Assembly: GCF_024762315.1 (NCBI RefSeq)
Contig: NZ_JANTHR010000002.1
Length of the DNA stretch: 64,000 nt
Strand: one strand, 5' to 3'
Source: Sulfurovum sp.
GTDB taxonomy: Bacteria > Campylobacterota > Campylobacteria > Campylobacterales > Sulfurovaceae
Shown one piece after another: positions 49,437 to 56,927 of the stretch. The number at the start of each line of letters is the position of its first letter. Within the stretch, counting starts at the first letter, position 1. The translations under genes and the position numbers were made by a program. A model generated the notes under the pieces. It worked only from the letters and a program-made list of their open reading frames with translations, made no database searches and had not been told where the DNA came from.

Positions 49437-50900
49437 TTACTTCCTGATCGCTTCCCTGTCCAGTTCCCCATTTTTCCATTTTGCCAGGTATGCATTGAGG
49501 TTGTCTTTTACATCACCCTGCAGAATATAGAGCCCTATGAGGTTTGGCAGGGCCATGGTCAAAATAAGCAGATCTGAGAACTCCAGCATGGCAGAGGCAC
49601 TGGTAACTGATGCCATCACGGTAAATGAGATGAAGATGAGTTTATAGACGAGTGTATATTTTTCTCCAAACAGATACGTCCAAGAACGCTCTCCGTAATA
49701 GGACCATGAGATCATTGTAGAGAATGCAAAAAGTATGATGGAGAAGGAGAGGATAACAGGGAACCAGGAGATCACTGTTCCGTAGGCAGCTGCCGTAAGT
49801 GCCGCACCCTGCTTTGCGGCTACCAGATCAGCAAAAGTACCTGAGGGGTCATACACACCGGTAGTGACAATGACAAGTGCCGTCATCGTACAGATCACGA
49901 TCGTATCGATGAACGGCTCATAAAGAGCGACCATTCCCTGTCTTACAGGGTATTTCACTGAAGCAGTAGAGTGCACAATGGCTGCAGAACCTATCCCCGC
50001 TTCACTTGAGAATGCCGCACGCTTAAAGCCCTGCACAAGCACCCCTATCATCCCGCCGACAGCTGCAGTAGGAGCAAAGGCTTCATGGAATATCGTTGTA
50101 ATGGCATGAGGTACGGCAGAGGCATTTACTACAAGTATCCAAAGAGAGGCTGCCAAGTAGATCAGTACCATAAGAGGAACGATCTTTTCAGCAGTACTGG
50201 CGATACGTTTGATCCCGCCGATGATCACAAAGCCTACGATCATAGCCATGATCAGGCCAAAGGCAATAGGGTAGTGTTGAAAGAAAGGAACACGATCGGT
50301 CAGTACTCCCATGGCTTGAGAAGTTTGAAAGGCATTTCCTGCCCCAAGACTTCCGCCTATAGCCAGTACGGCGAACAGCACAGCAAGGACTTTTCCTAGT
50401 TGCTTATGCCCTTTGGACGCAAGACCTTTGGAGAGGTACTGCATGGCACCACCCATAATACGACCGTCAGGTCTTTTCTCTCTATATATTTGTGCAAGGG
50501 TCACTTCTGTGAATTTCAGGGTCATACCAAAGAAACCGGCCAATATCATCCAAAAAGTAGCTCCCGGACCTCCTACAGCAATGGCGATGGCAACACCGGC
50601 GATATTTCCAAGCCCGACAGTAGCAGAGAGTGCTGTGGTCAAAGACTGGAACGGAGTGATTTCCCCTACATCATCGGCTGTTCTGTATTTTCCTGTGATG
50701 ATCTTGTAAGCGTGCGAGAACATTCGGATATTAATGAAACCAAAACGGAAAGTAAGGAAAATACCTCCTGCAACAAGCCAGGCAACGATGAAAGGCATGC
50801 TGCTTCCCTCTACCGTGCCAAAAAAAATATCAAAAAAGAAAACAGAAGCCAAAAGGCTGTTGATCTGTTCGAATATGCTATCCATAAATTCTCCCTGCAA
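49437..50900 (-). CDS. Alanine/glycine:cation symporter (AGCS family)
   Basis: 487 aa, ~11 TM segments. Family-typical segments (FQSLTTALSATVGLGNIAGVA, FSSEAGIGSAAI). Confidence 0.85.
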   Translation of the reverse strand: MQGEFMDSIFEQINSLLASVFFFDIFFGTVEGSSMPFIVAWLVAGGIFLTFRFGFINIRMFSHAYKIITGKYRTADDVGEITPFQSLTTALSATVGLGNIAGVAIAIAVGGPGATFWMILAGFFGMTLKFTEVTLAQIYREKRPDGRIMGGAMQYLSKGLASKGHKQLGKVLAVLFAVLAIGGSLGAGNAFQTSQAMGVLTDRVPFFQHYPIAFGLIMAMIVGFVIIGGIKRIASTAEKIVPLMVLIYLAASLWILVVNASAVPHAITTIFHEAFAPTAAVGGMIGVLVQGFKRAAFSSEAGIGSAAIVHSTASVKYPVRQGMVALYEPFIDTIVICTMTALVIVTTGVYDPSGTFADLVAAKQGAALTAAAYGTVISWFPVILSFSIILFAFSTMISWSYYGERSWTYLFGEKYTLVYKLIFISFTVMASVTSASAMLEFSDLLILTMALPNLIGLYILQGDVKDNLNAYLAKWKNGELDREAIRK

Positions 50901-50977
50901 ATTAGTTCAAATATTATACACATTAAGCCATAAAATAGGAGATAATTAATGATTTTTTCTTTTTTTTTAAAAATCTA

Positions 50978-51006
50978 TTGACAAATTGAAACCTTTTGAC
51001 TATAAT
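50978..51006 (+). promoter_or_regulatory. Consensus sigma-70-type promoter of the tRNA operon
   Basis: TTGACA (50978-50983), 17-nt spacer, TATAAT (51001-51006). Lies ~40 nt upstream of tRNA-Pro. Confidence 0.7.
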
Positions 51007-51046
51007 TGCAGTCCTTTTTAAATCTGATGTTTCAGGTTTGGGGCAA

Positions 51047-51123
51047 CGGAGTGTAGCGCAGTCTGGTAGCGCACCTGGTTTGGGACCAGGGGGTCGAAGG
51101 TTCGAGTCCTTTCACTCCGACCA
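51047..51123 (+). tRNA. tRNA-Pro (anticodon TGG)
   Basis: 77 nt. Acceptor CGGAGTG/CACTCCG, anticodon arm CCTGG-TTTGGGA-CCAGG, T-loop TTCGAGT, encoded CCA. Confidence 0.9.
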
Positions 51124-51163
51124 TATAGTTATTTAAAATGAATAGTATAATAAAACAATTGAT

Positions 51164-51240
51164 GGTGGACGTAGTTCAGTTGGTAGAGCACCTGTTTGTG
51201 GCACAGGTTGTCGCGGGTTCGAGCCCCGTCGTCCACCCCA
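51164..51240 (+). tRNA. tRNA-His (anticodon GTG)
   Basis: 77 nt including G-1 opposite C73. Acceptor GTGGACG/CGTCCAC, anticodon loop TTGTGGC, encoded CCA. Confidence 0.9.
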
Positions 51241-51275
51241 TTGGTAAGTTGATTGGGAACCTCCCAAATGAAGAA

Positions 51276-51352
51276 GCGCTAGTGGCTCAACTGGATAGAG
51301 CATCAGACTTCGGATCTGAGGGTTAGGGGTTCGAGTCCTCTCTGGCGTACCA
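51276..51352 (+). tRNA. tRNA-Arg (anticodon TCG)
   Basis: 77 nt. Acceptor GCGCTAG/CTGGCGT (two G-U pairs), anticodon arm TCAGA-CTTCGGA-TCTGA, encoded CCA. Confidence 0.85.
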
Positions 51353-51358
51353 TTAATC

Positions 51359-51392
51359 ACTTCAACAGTCGGCTCATGTGACTCGTCACATT
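51359..51392. repeat. 34-nt GC-rich core shared with the hisF leader insertion
   Basis: ACTTCAACAGTCGGCTCATGTGACTCGTCACATT versus ACTTCAGCAGTCGGCTCATGCGACTGGCCGCATT at 61586-61619: 29/34 identical, four of the five differences are transitions. Confidence 0.55.
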
Positions 51393-51434
51393 TTGAACTT
51401 ATTGTTGAGAGTTTTTAAATATTGAACTATTAAA

Positions 51435-51511
51435 GCACTCGTAGCTCAGCTGGATAGAGCACCCGCCTTCTAAGCGGGCGGTCTCAGGTTCGAATCCTGA
51501 CGGGTGTACCA
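51435..51511 (+). tRNA. tRNA-Arg (anticodon TCT)
   Basis: 77 nt. Acceptor GCACTCG/CGGGTGT, anticodon arm CCCGC-CTTCTAA-GCGGG, T-loop TTCGAAT, encoded CCA. Confidence 0.9.
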
Positions 51512-51544
51512 CCTACTTTTTATTGTTTAGTTAAACAATCACAT

Positions 51545-51629
51545 GCGGATGTGGTGAAATTGGTATACACGCCAGACTTAGGATCTGGTGCTTTACGGCG
51601 TGGAGGTTCGAGTCCTCTCATCCGCACCA
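51545..51629 (+). tRNA. tRNA-Leu (anticodon TAG)
   Basis: 85 nt. Acceptor GCGGATG/CATCCGC, anticodon arm CCAGA-CTTAGGA-TCTGG, long variable arm, encoded CCA. Confidence 0.9.
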
Positions 51630-51719
51630 CTACTTAAACAAACTTTAAACTTTTAATCAACATATTATTTTAAAACTTATAGTATAATTCACCCATAAAA
51701 AAATAAATTGGATTTTGCG

Positions 51720-52133
51720 ATGGACAAGAGTTTATTAATATTTATACTTGTAGGTCTGGGATTTCTCTATTTGATCACTAATTTTTTAGGCGATATTCAG
51801 AAAGAAGATGAAAAATTTCAAAACAAGGGGTATCAGCAAGAGCATAGGTACGATCAATATCATAGCGTGGACAGTATAGGTCAGGAGATCCTCAATCTTG
51901 TAGATGCTGATGCTAAAACGCAGATCGAGGCGTGGCAGGCGAGTGCACTTAAGCAGGAATTCCTTGAGCTTTTTCCTGATTTTGCCGATATGAAACGTTT
52001 TGTAAAAGAGAGAATTAGAGGAGATGCACTTCAGACTACGCTTCTAAAGCATATAGATACCGTTGAAGGCAAGTTCTTCTCCGGTGCAATGACTGCAGAA
52101 CAAGCCAAGCGTTCACTTGACTTGCTAAAATAG
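51720..52133 (+). CDS. Membrane-anchored hypothetical protein
   Basis: ATG at 51720 (MDKSLLIFILVGLGFLYLI...) preferred over the TTG at 51708. One N-terminal TM then a helical soluble domain. No family recognised. Confidence 0.5.
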   Translation: MDKSLLIFILVGLGFLYLITNFLGDIQKEDEKFQNKGYQQEHRYDQYHSVDSIGQEILNLVDADAKTQIEAWQASALKQEFLELFPDFADMKRFVKERIRGDALQTTLLKHIDTVEGKFFSGAMTAEQAKRSLDLLK

Positions 52134-52142
52134 TCTGTTGGC

Positions 52143-52853
52143 CTAACGGCAAGGGTCAGACATCATATTTCTATCAGCATAGAGATAGACTTCTACACGT
52201 CTGTTGAGTGCCCTGTTCCTGGCAGTATCATTTGGTGCGATGGGCTTAGAGTATGAGCATCCTTTTGTAAGCGGTCTGCCGTTCACTGCAAGTATATTCG
52301 CTACAGTATTCGCTCTTCTTTGAGAAAGACCTTGGTTGTATTCATAGCTCCCCTGATTATCTGTAAATCCTGCAACACCTACAATAGTTTGAGGGTAACG
52401 CTCCAAGAGACGAGCTACTTTATTGACTTTGTATCTTGCACTAGATTGAAGTCTTGATGAATCAGTTGCAAACATCATGCGATCCCTGAACATGATCTTC
52501 ACATAATTCGGGTGTTTTGAGACAATAATATTTCGGTTTGGATCAAGTGCAGCAAGAGGATCATTGTTTACACCTGTCCCCAGTGCACGGGCAACTTCGT
52601 TGGCTTGTTGATCCAGGCTATAACCAATTGCACCACCTGCAGCAGCGCCTAATAGACCACCTATCAGGGCTCTTCGGCCTTTGTGGTGACCTTTAGTGTT
52701 GTAGCCTATGAGGGCACCTGCTACGGCACCCGTTGCAACACCGGTTTTTGTACGGTTATAACTGGTATCCTGCACCAATCCAGGTTGATTATAACATCCT
52801 CCCAGCATAAAAGCGGCTATCGTTGAAGCAAGTATCGGCTTAAGTAATTTCAT
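52143..52853 (-). CDS. OmpA-family lipoprotein with N-terminal glycine-zipper (YiaD-like)
   Basis: 236 aa. Lipobox LGGC, glycine zipper GAVAGALIG...GGLLGAAAGGAIG, C-terminal OmpA domain (GFTDNQGSYEYNQGLSQRRANTV, NRRVEV). Confidence 0.85.
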   Translation of the reverse strand: MKLLKPILASTIAAFMLGGCYNQPGLVQDTSYNRTKTGVATGAVAGALIGYNTKGHHKGRRALIGGLLGAAAGGAIGYSLDQQANEVARALGTGVNNDPLAALDPNRNIIVSKHPNYVKIMFRDRMMFATDSSRLQSSARYKVNKVARLLERYPQTIVGVAGFTDNQGSYEYNQGLSQRRANTVANILAVNGRPLTKGCSYSKPIAPNDTARNRALNRRVEVYLYADRNMMSDPCR

Positions 52854-52880
52854 TCTATCTCCTTTAGATTTAAGTTGAGG

Positions 52881-53156
52881 CTATTGCCATCCGCCTGTTT
52901 CCTGTGGTTCGGGATTTTGGTTATCTATCGCACTTCCCACTCCTGCACCTACTGCTGTACCAAGAAGGCCGCCGATCACAGCATTTCTGCCTCTATGATG
53001 GCCGGAAGCATTGTATCCTATGACTGTCCCGGCAACAGCACCTGTTGCAGCACCTGTCTGTGTTGCATTATTTGGCATCAGAGGTTCTCCGCAGCCACTT
53101 AGTAAAGCGATACCTGCACTCCCTGCCAGCAGCATCTTAAATATATTTTTTTTCAT
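52881..53156 (-). CDS. Glycine-zipper lipoprotein (stand-alone paralog of the neighbour's N-terminal module)
   Basis: 91 aa. Lipobox LSGC. TGAATGAVAGTVIGYNASGHHRGRNAVIGGLLGTAVGAGVG is near-collinear with residues of the 236-aa neighbour. Confidence 0.75.
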   Translation of the reverse strand: MKKNIFKMLLAGSAGIALLSGCGEPLMPNNATQTGAATGAVAGTVIGYNASGHHRGRNAVIGGLLGTAVGAGVGSAIDNQNPEPQETGGWQ

Positions 53157-53188
53157 CTTGATTCCTTTATTGTTTCATTTTCTTATTT

Positions 53189-53197
53189 ATTATAGCA
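53189..53197 (-). promoter_or_regulatory. Extended -10 promoter (TGcTATAAT) for the glycine-zipper lipoprotein gene
   Basis: Minus strand reads TGCTATAAT. Lies ~33 nt upstream of the ATG at 53156. Confidence 0.4.
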
Positions 53198-53241
53198 CAG
53201 AAATGTGTGAAAAATGTGTGGAATTTATGAGGCAAATATTT

Positions 53242-54429
53242 TTATTTCTCTTTAGAAATTATTTTTTCGTGCCATTGCCAGAGGGTTTTTTCAAATCCTA
53301 TTTTTTGAGTTTGGTAAAAACGTAAAGGTGTTGCCAGATAGGCTTGTTCTACCCATCCGCCGAAATCATGAGGGTATTTGTACGTTTTGGCATGGGTTTT
53401 GATATGGGAAGGAATAGGGTATATCTCTCCCTCTCTGATAGCTTTTAATGCATTGTTAATAGCCATATAGCTGCTATTTGATTTAGGCGAAGAGGCAAGA
53501 TAGATCACTAACTGAGAAAGGGAAATTCTGGCTTCAGGGTAGCCGATATGTTTCACGATATTGAGTGTTGAACTGGCCAAGTTTAGAGCAGGGGGATTGG
53601 CATTGCCTATATCTTCACTCGCAAGTATTGCCAAGCGTCTGGCAATGAATTCGGCAGGTTCTCCTCCCTCTATCAGACGTGCAAGATAATAGAGTGCCGC
53701 ATCGATGTCGGAACCTCTAATGCTCTTGATCATGGCAGAAGTAAGCTCGTAGTGACTCTCACTCTCGGAACTTCCTGCCTGCATGGCATGTGGGCGTATC
53801 TGCCTGAGTGTCTCGAGGGTGACAGGGGACTGGATGGCGGACGCACTTTCCAAAAGGTTTAGCATCGCTCTGATATCGCCCCCGCTGGAGAATACAAGAT
53901 ACTCTTTAGCTTGCTCTTCTACAGAGAGTTTTTCCAGTGCTATGATATGTTCCAGGTACTGGAACATATCTTTCTGCTGAATGGATTTAAGCTCAAAGAG
54001 GTGAGAACGTGAACGCATCGCCGCAGTAAGTGAGTAATAGGGGTTTTCGGTTGATGCACCGATGATAAGTGCGGCATTGTTCTCCATAAAAGGCAAAAGT
54101 ACCTCCTGCTGATTCTTGCTGAGCCTATGTACCTCATCGATAAAAATAAGAGGTTTCTGAAGTGCGTTGGTATATTCTTTGAATATTCTGCGAAGATCTT
54201 CTATTTTAAGTGTGGTGGCATTCATCTCATAAAAAGGTCTGTCCAACCGTGAGGCGATCACTCTTGCAAGTGTGGTTTTACCGCAGCCTGGCGGTCCATA
54301 GAAAAAGATATGGGGCAGGGCATCCGTCTCAATGAGTTTCTGAAGTACCGCACCGGTACCTAGGAGGTGGGATTGTCCTATGATCTCCTCAAGGCTTTTA
54401 GGACGATATTTAAGGGCAAGGTTCATCAC
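53242..54429 (-). CDS. rarA: Replication-associated recombination protein RarA/MgsA (AAA+)
   Basis: 395 aa. Walker A GPPGCGKTTLA, Walker B IFIDEVHR, MgsA C-terminal domain. Confidence 0.9.
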   Translation of the reverse strand: MMNLALKYRPKSLEEIIGQSHLLGTGAVLQKLIETDALPHIFFYGPPGCGKTTLARVIASRLDRPFYEMNATTLKIEDLRRIFKEYTNALQKPLIFIDEVHRLSKNQQEVLLPFMENNAALIIGASTENPYYSLTAAMRSRSHLFELKSIQQKDMFQYLEHIIALEKLSVEEQAKEYLVFSSGGDIRAMLNLLESASAIQSPVTLETLRQIRPHAMQAGSSESESHYELTSAMIKSIRGSDIDAALYYLARLIEGGEPAEFIARRLAILASEDIGNANPPALNLASSTLNIVKHIGYPEARISLSQLVIYLASSPKSNSSYMAINNALKAIREGEIYPIPSHIKTHAKTYKYPHDFGGWVEQAYLATPLRFYQTQKIGFEKTLWQWHEKIISKEK

Positions 54430-54432
54430 GAT

Positions 54433-55299
54433 TCAGTCTTTTTTATGGAACTTTTTTAGTACATGCTTTTTGTTTTTTTGCTTCTCTTCTTCTTGTTTTT
54501 TGGTATTTGCTCTATTTTCTATCTCAGCTTTATCATTTGCTTTTTTGCGTTTCATGAATTGATGAATGTCATCATACTCTTTGCGTGAGAAAAAACGGGT
54601 TTTATTGGTAGGAAGGTTATTGAGCTCTATACCGCCGAATGCTACACGTTTCAGATCGAGTATTTTGGCATCAAAGTGACCGAAAAAACGTCTTAATTCT
54701 CTATTTTTACCCTCCGTTATAGTGACACGGAGTTTAGAAAAGCTTTTGCCCTCTGCCCGGATCTCAAAGTGTGCAAAAGGAGCAAATTCCATACGGGTGA
54801 TCTTACTCTTTTCGTGCGCTCCGGCACGTGCATCATCAAGAGCCAGCCCCTCTTTCATAGCATTCATCATCTCTTCGGTGACAGGTTTATCTATTTTGAG
54901 GTTATAGGTACGATCCAAACCACTCTCCATAAGCGCAGTTGCCACCTCTGTAGAGTCCGTTAAGAGCAAAAGTCCTTCTGATGCATAGTCGAGCCTGCCT
55001 ACAGGTGTAAAGTGCCTGAATTTCCCCGGTAGCTTATGGTATATCGTTGCACGTCCTCTATCATCTTTTTTGGTGACGAGTACTCCTTTTGGCTTATTGT
55101 AGGCAATGACGGTGAGTTCACCGCTTTTTTTAGCTGTTACCGGTTTGTTTTTTACGAATATGCGATCACCTTCTTGTACTTCATAGCCAAAATCGTGAAG
55201 GACCTTTTTGTTTAGCGTGACCTCCCCTGCTTCTATCAGTTTATCCGCTTCTCGTCGGGAGTATTTTGTATTGTGTGAAATATATTTATTGAGTCTCAT
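54433..55299 (-). CDS. rluB: Pseudouridine synthase, RsuA/RluB family, with basic C-terminal tail
   Basis: 288 aa. S4 domain (RLNKYISHNTKYSRREADKLI), catalytic motif GRLDYASEGLLLLT, Lys-rich ~45-aa tail. Confidence 0.8.
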   Translation of the reverse strand: MRLNKYISHNTKYSRREADKLIEAGEVTLNKKVLHDFGYEVQEGDRIFVKNKPVTAKKSGELTVIAYNKPKGVLVTKKDDRGRATIYHKLPGKFRHFTPVGRLDYASEGLLLLTDSTEVATALMESGLDRTYNLKIDKPVTEEMMNAMKEGLALDDARAGAHEKSKITRMEFAPFAHFEIRAEGKSFSKLRVTITEGKNRELRRFFGHFDAKILDLKRVAFGGIELNNLPTNKTRFFSRKEYDDIHQFMKRKKANDKAEIENRANTKKQEEEKQKNKKHVLKKFHKKD

Positions 55300-55308
55300 G
55301 ATTTTCCA

Positions 55309-56280
55309 TTATTTACTTTTGATCCCCGCATTGATAAGATCATGGATATGCAATACACCGATGATCTTTCCCCCTTGGGTCGTGATAGGCAAAAGCTGTA
55401 TGCGATCATTCTCTATGATCTCCAGCGCTTCACTCGCAAGGAGTTCCGTATTGTGATAACTTTTTGGATCTTTGGTGGCATATTCTATAGCCAGGTGGTC
55501 CAGATCGAAGTCTTTATCCATCAGTGCACGCCTTAAGTCTCCATCGCTGAGCAGGGCAATGAGCTTTCCTGATCTGTCTACGATAAGTACAGTACCAAGC
55601 TTTCCTTCACTCATAGTGACAACAGCTTTTTTGAGCGTTGTCTGATCATCGATGATGGGCAGGGATTCTGTGCGCATCAAGTCTTTTATCTTGATAAAAA
55701 GCTTTTTGCCCAAAGAGCCACCGGGATGAAAAGAGGCAAAATCCTCTTTCTTAAATCCTTTTTTCTTCATCAGTGCAACGGCCAGAGCATCGCCCAGTGC
55801 CATCGTTAACGTAGTGGAGGTCGTAGGGGCAGTGTTGAGAGGACAAGCCTCTTTTTCAACGGAGATGTCCAGAAATACATCGGCATATCTGCCCAATGAC
55901 GAGCTTTTGTTGCCGGTAAGCCCGATAAGGGGGATATTGAAACGTTTGATATGCGGAAGTATCTTTGTAAGTTCTTCGCTCTCCCCGCTGCTGCTAATAG
56001 CCAGAAGGGTATCCCCTTTTCCTATCATGCCCAGGTCCCCGTGCAGGGCTTCAGTTGGGTGTAAAAAGAAACTTGATGTTCCTGTGCTTGCGAAGGTTGC
56101 GGCCATTTTTGCACCGACAAGACCTGATTTGCCTACACCGGTGATGATCAGCTTTCCTTTTGTATGCAGTATGAGTTCAATCGCATCTAAAAAATTCTGA
56201 TCAAGGCGTTCTGCTGCTTTAGTGAGAGCCTCTGCCTCGATACGAAATGTTTCCTGTGCAATTTTAATGAGGTCCATCAT
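55309..56280 (-). CDS. kpsF: Arabinose-5-phosphate isomerase KpsF/GutQ (SIS + 2 CBS)
   Basis: SIS motif GVGKSG and two CBS domains. Start placed at the ATGATG at 56280 (MMDLIKIAQ...). The 370-aa ORF start adds ~47 non-homologous residues. Confidence 0.85.
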   Translation of the reverse strand: MMDLIKIAQETFRIEAEALTKAAERLDQNFLDAIELILHTKGKLIITGVGKSGLVGAKMAATFASTGTSSFFLHPTEALHGDLGMIGKGDTLLAISSSGESEELTKILPHIKRFNIPLIGLTGNKSSSLGRYADVFLDISVEKEACPLNTAPTTSTTLTMALGDALAVALMKKKGFKKEDFASFHPGGSLGKKLFIKIKDLMRTESLPIIDDQTTLKKAVVTMSEGKLGTVLIVDRSGKLIALLSDGDLRRALMDKDFDLDHLAIEYATKDPKSYHNTELLASEALEIIENDRIQLLPITTQGGKIIGVLHIHDLINAGIKSK

Positions 56281-56432
56281 ACCGCCTTTTTTCTTATGCT
56301 TATACTTGGTGCAGGTACCCTTTATCTTACGTAAATGGCCAATCTCAGCATTAAATATAAACAAGATTATAGCATAGTGAAGGTTAGGGGAGGTAAGAAT
56401 GGCTGAGGAGTGCGTAGACACTCCTTGTGGAT

Positions 56433-56927
56433 CTAGGATTGCTTGCTGCTGGAAACTTCACCGGCATCCACACGTTTGGAGAACTCCGTCTCTTCTCCGG
56501 CAGCCAGTGCTTTGGCCTGTGAGACCCATTGCTCTCTCTCTACACGGCCGGGGAAAGCGACATTGGCATCTATCCATGCAATATCTTCTTTACTCCAATT
56601 GGCGATCTGGTCAAAATGATAAACACCTATCTTGTTAAGAGTCTCTTCGATCTTGACACCGATCCCTTTAATGCGTGTAAGGTTGTCCTTTAGACCGCCT
56701 CTTGGTTCTGTCAAAAGAACTGGCTTTGTTTCAGGGACAGCTTCTGTCTCTTTGGTCTTTTCTGCAGCAGTATGGGCATCATCTGAGCCGTGTAAATCTG
56801 CATGTGTGTTCTCGCACTTGTCGTTTGCACAGGTACTTTTTCCAAAAAAATATCCTATAATGAACCCTATAAGGGCAGCCAACAGTAAACATAATACGAT
56901 TTGTGAAGCGATTTCTAACATGGTCAT
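56433..56927 (-). CDS. Membrane-anchored protein with C-terminal helix-hairpin-helix-like domain
   Basis: 164 aa. N-terminal TM. C-terminus LTRIKGIGVKIEETLNKIGVYHFDQIANWSKEDIAWID...GRVEREQWVSQAK resembles the HhH tail seen on some NuoE proteins. Confidence 0.5.
   Translation of the reverse strand: MTMLEIASQIVLCLLLAALIGFIIGYFFGKSTCANDKCENTHADLHGSDDAHTAAEKTKETEAVPETKPVLLTEPRGGLKDNLTRIKGIGVKIEETLNKIGVYHFDQIANWSKEDIAWIDANVAFPGRVEREQWVSQAKALAAGEETEFSKRVDAGEVSSSKQS

Noticed and set aside
51133-51360. ORFs 51133-51360 (-) and 51138-51326 (+)
   Set aside because: They lie across tRNA-His and tRNA-Arg. They are artefacts of the GC-rich tRNA sequence.
50901-51707. tRNA cluster as an integration hotspot or genomic island boundary
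   Set aside because: No integrase, no direct repeat of a tRNA 3' end, and no compositional shift downstream. Flanking genes are ordinary.
56281-56421. 47-residue N-terminal extension of kpsF
   Set aside because: It is hydrophobic/basic junk not found in KpsF/GutQ proteins. The ATGATG at 56280 gives the canonical N-terminus.
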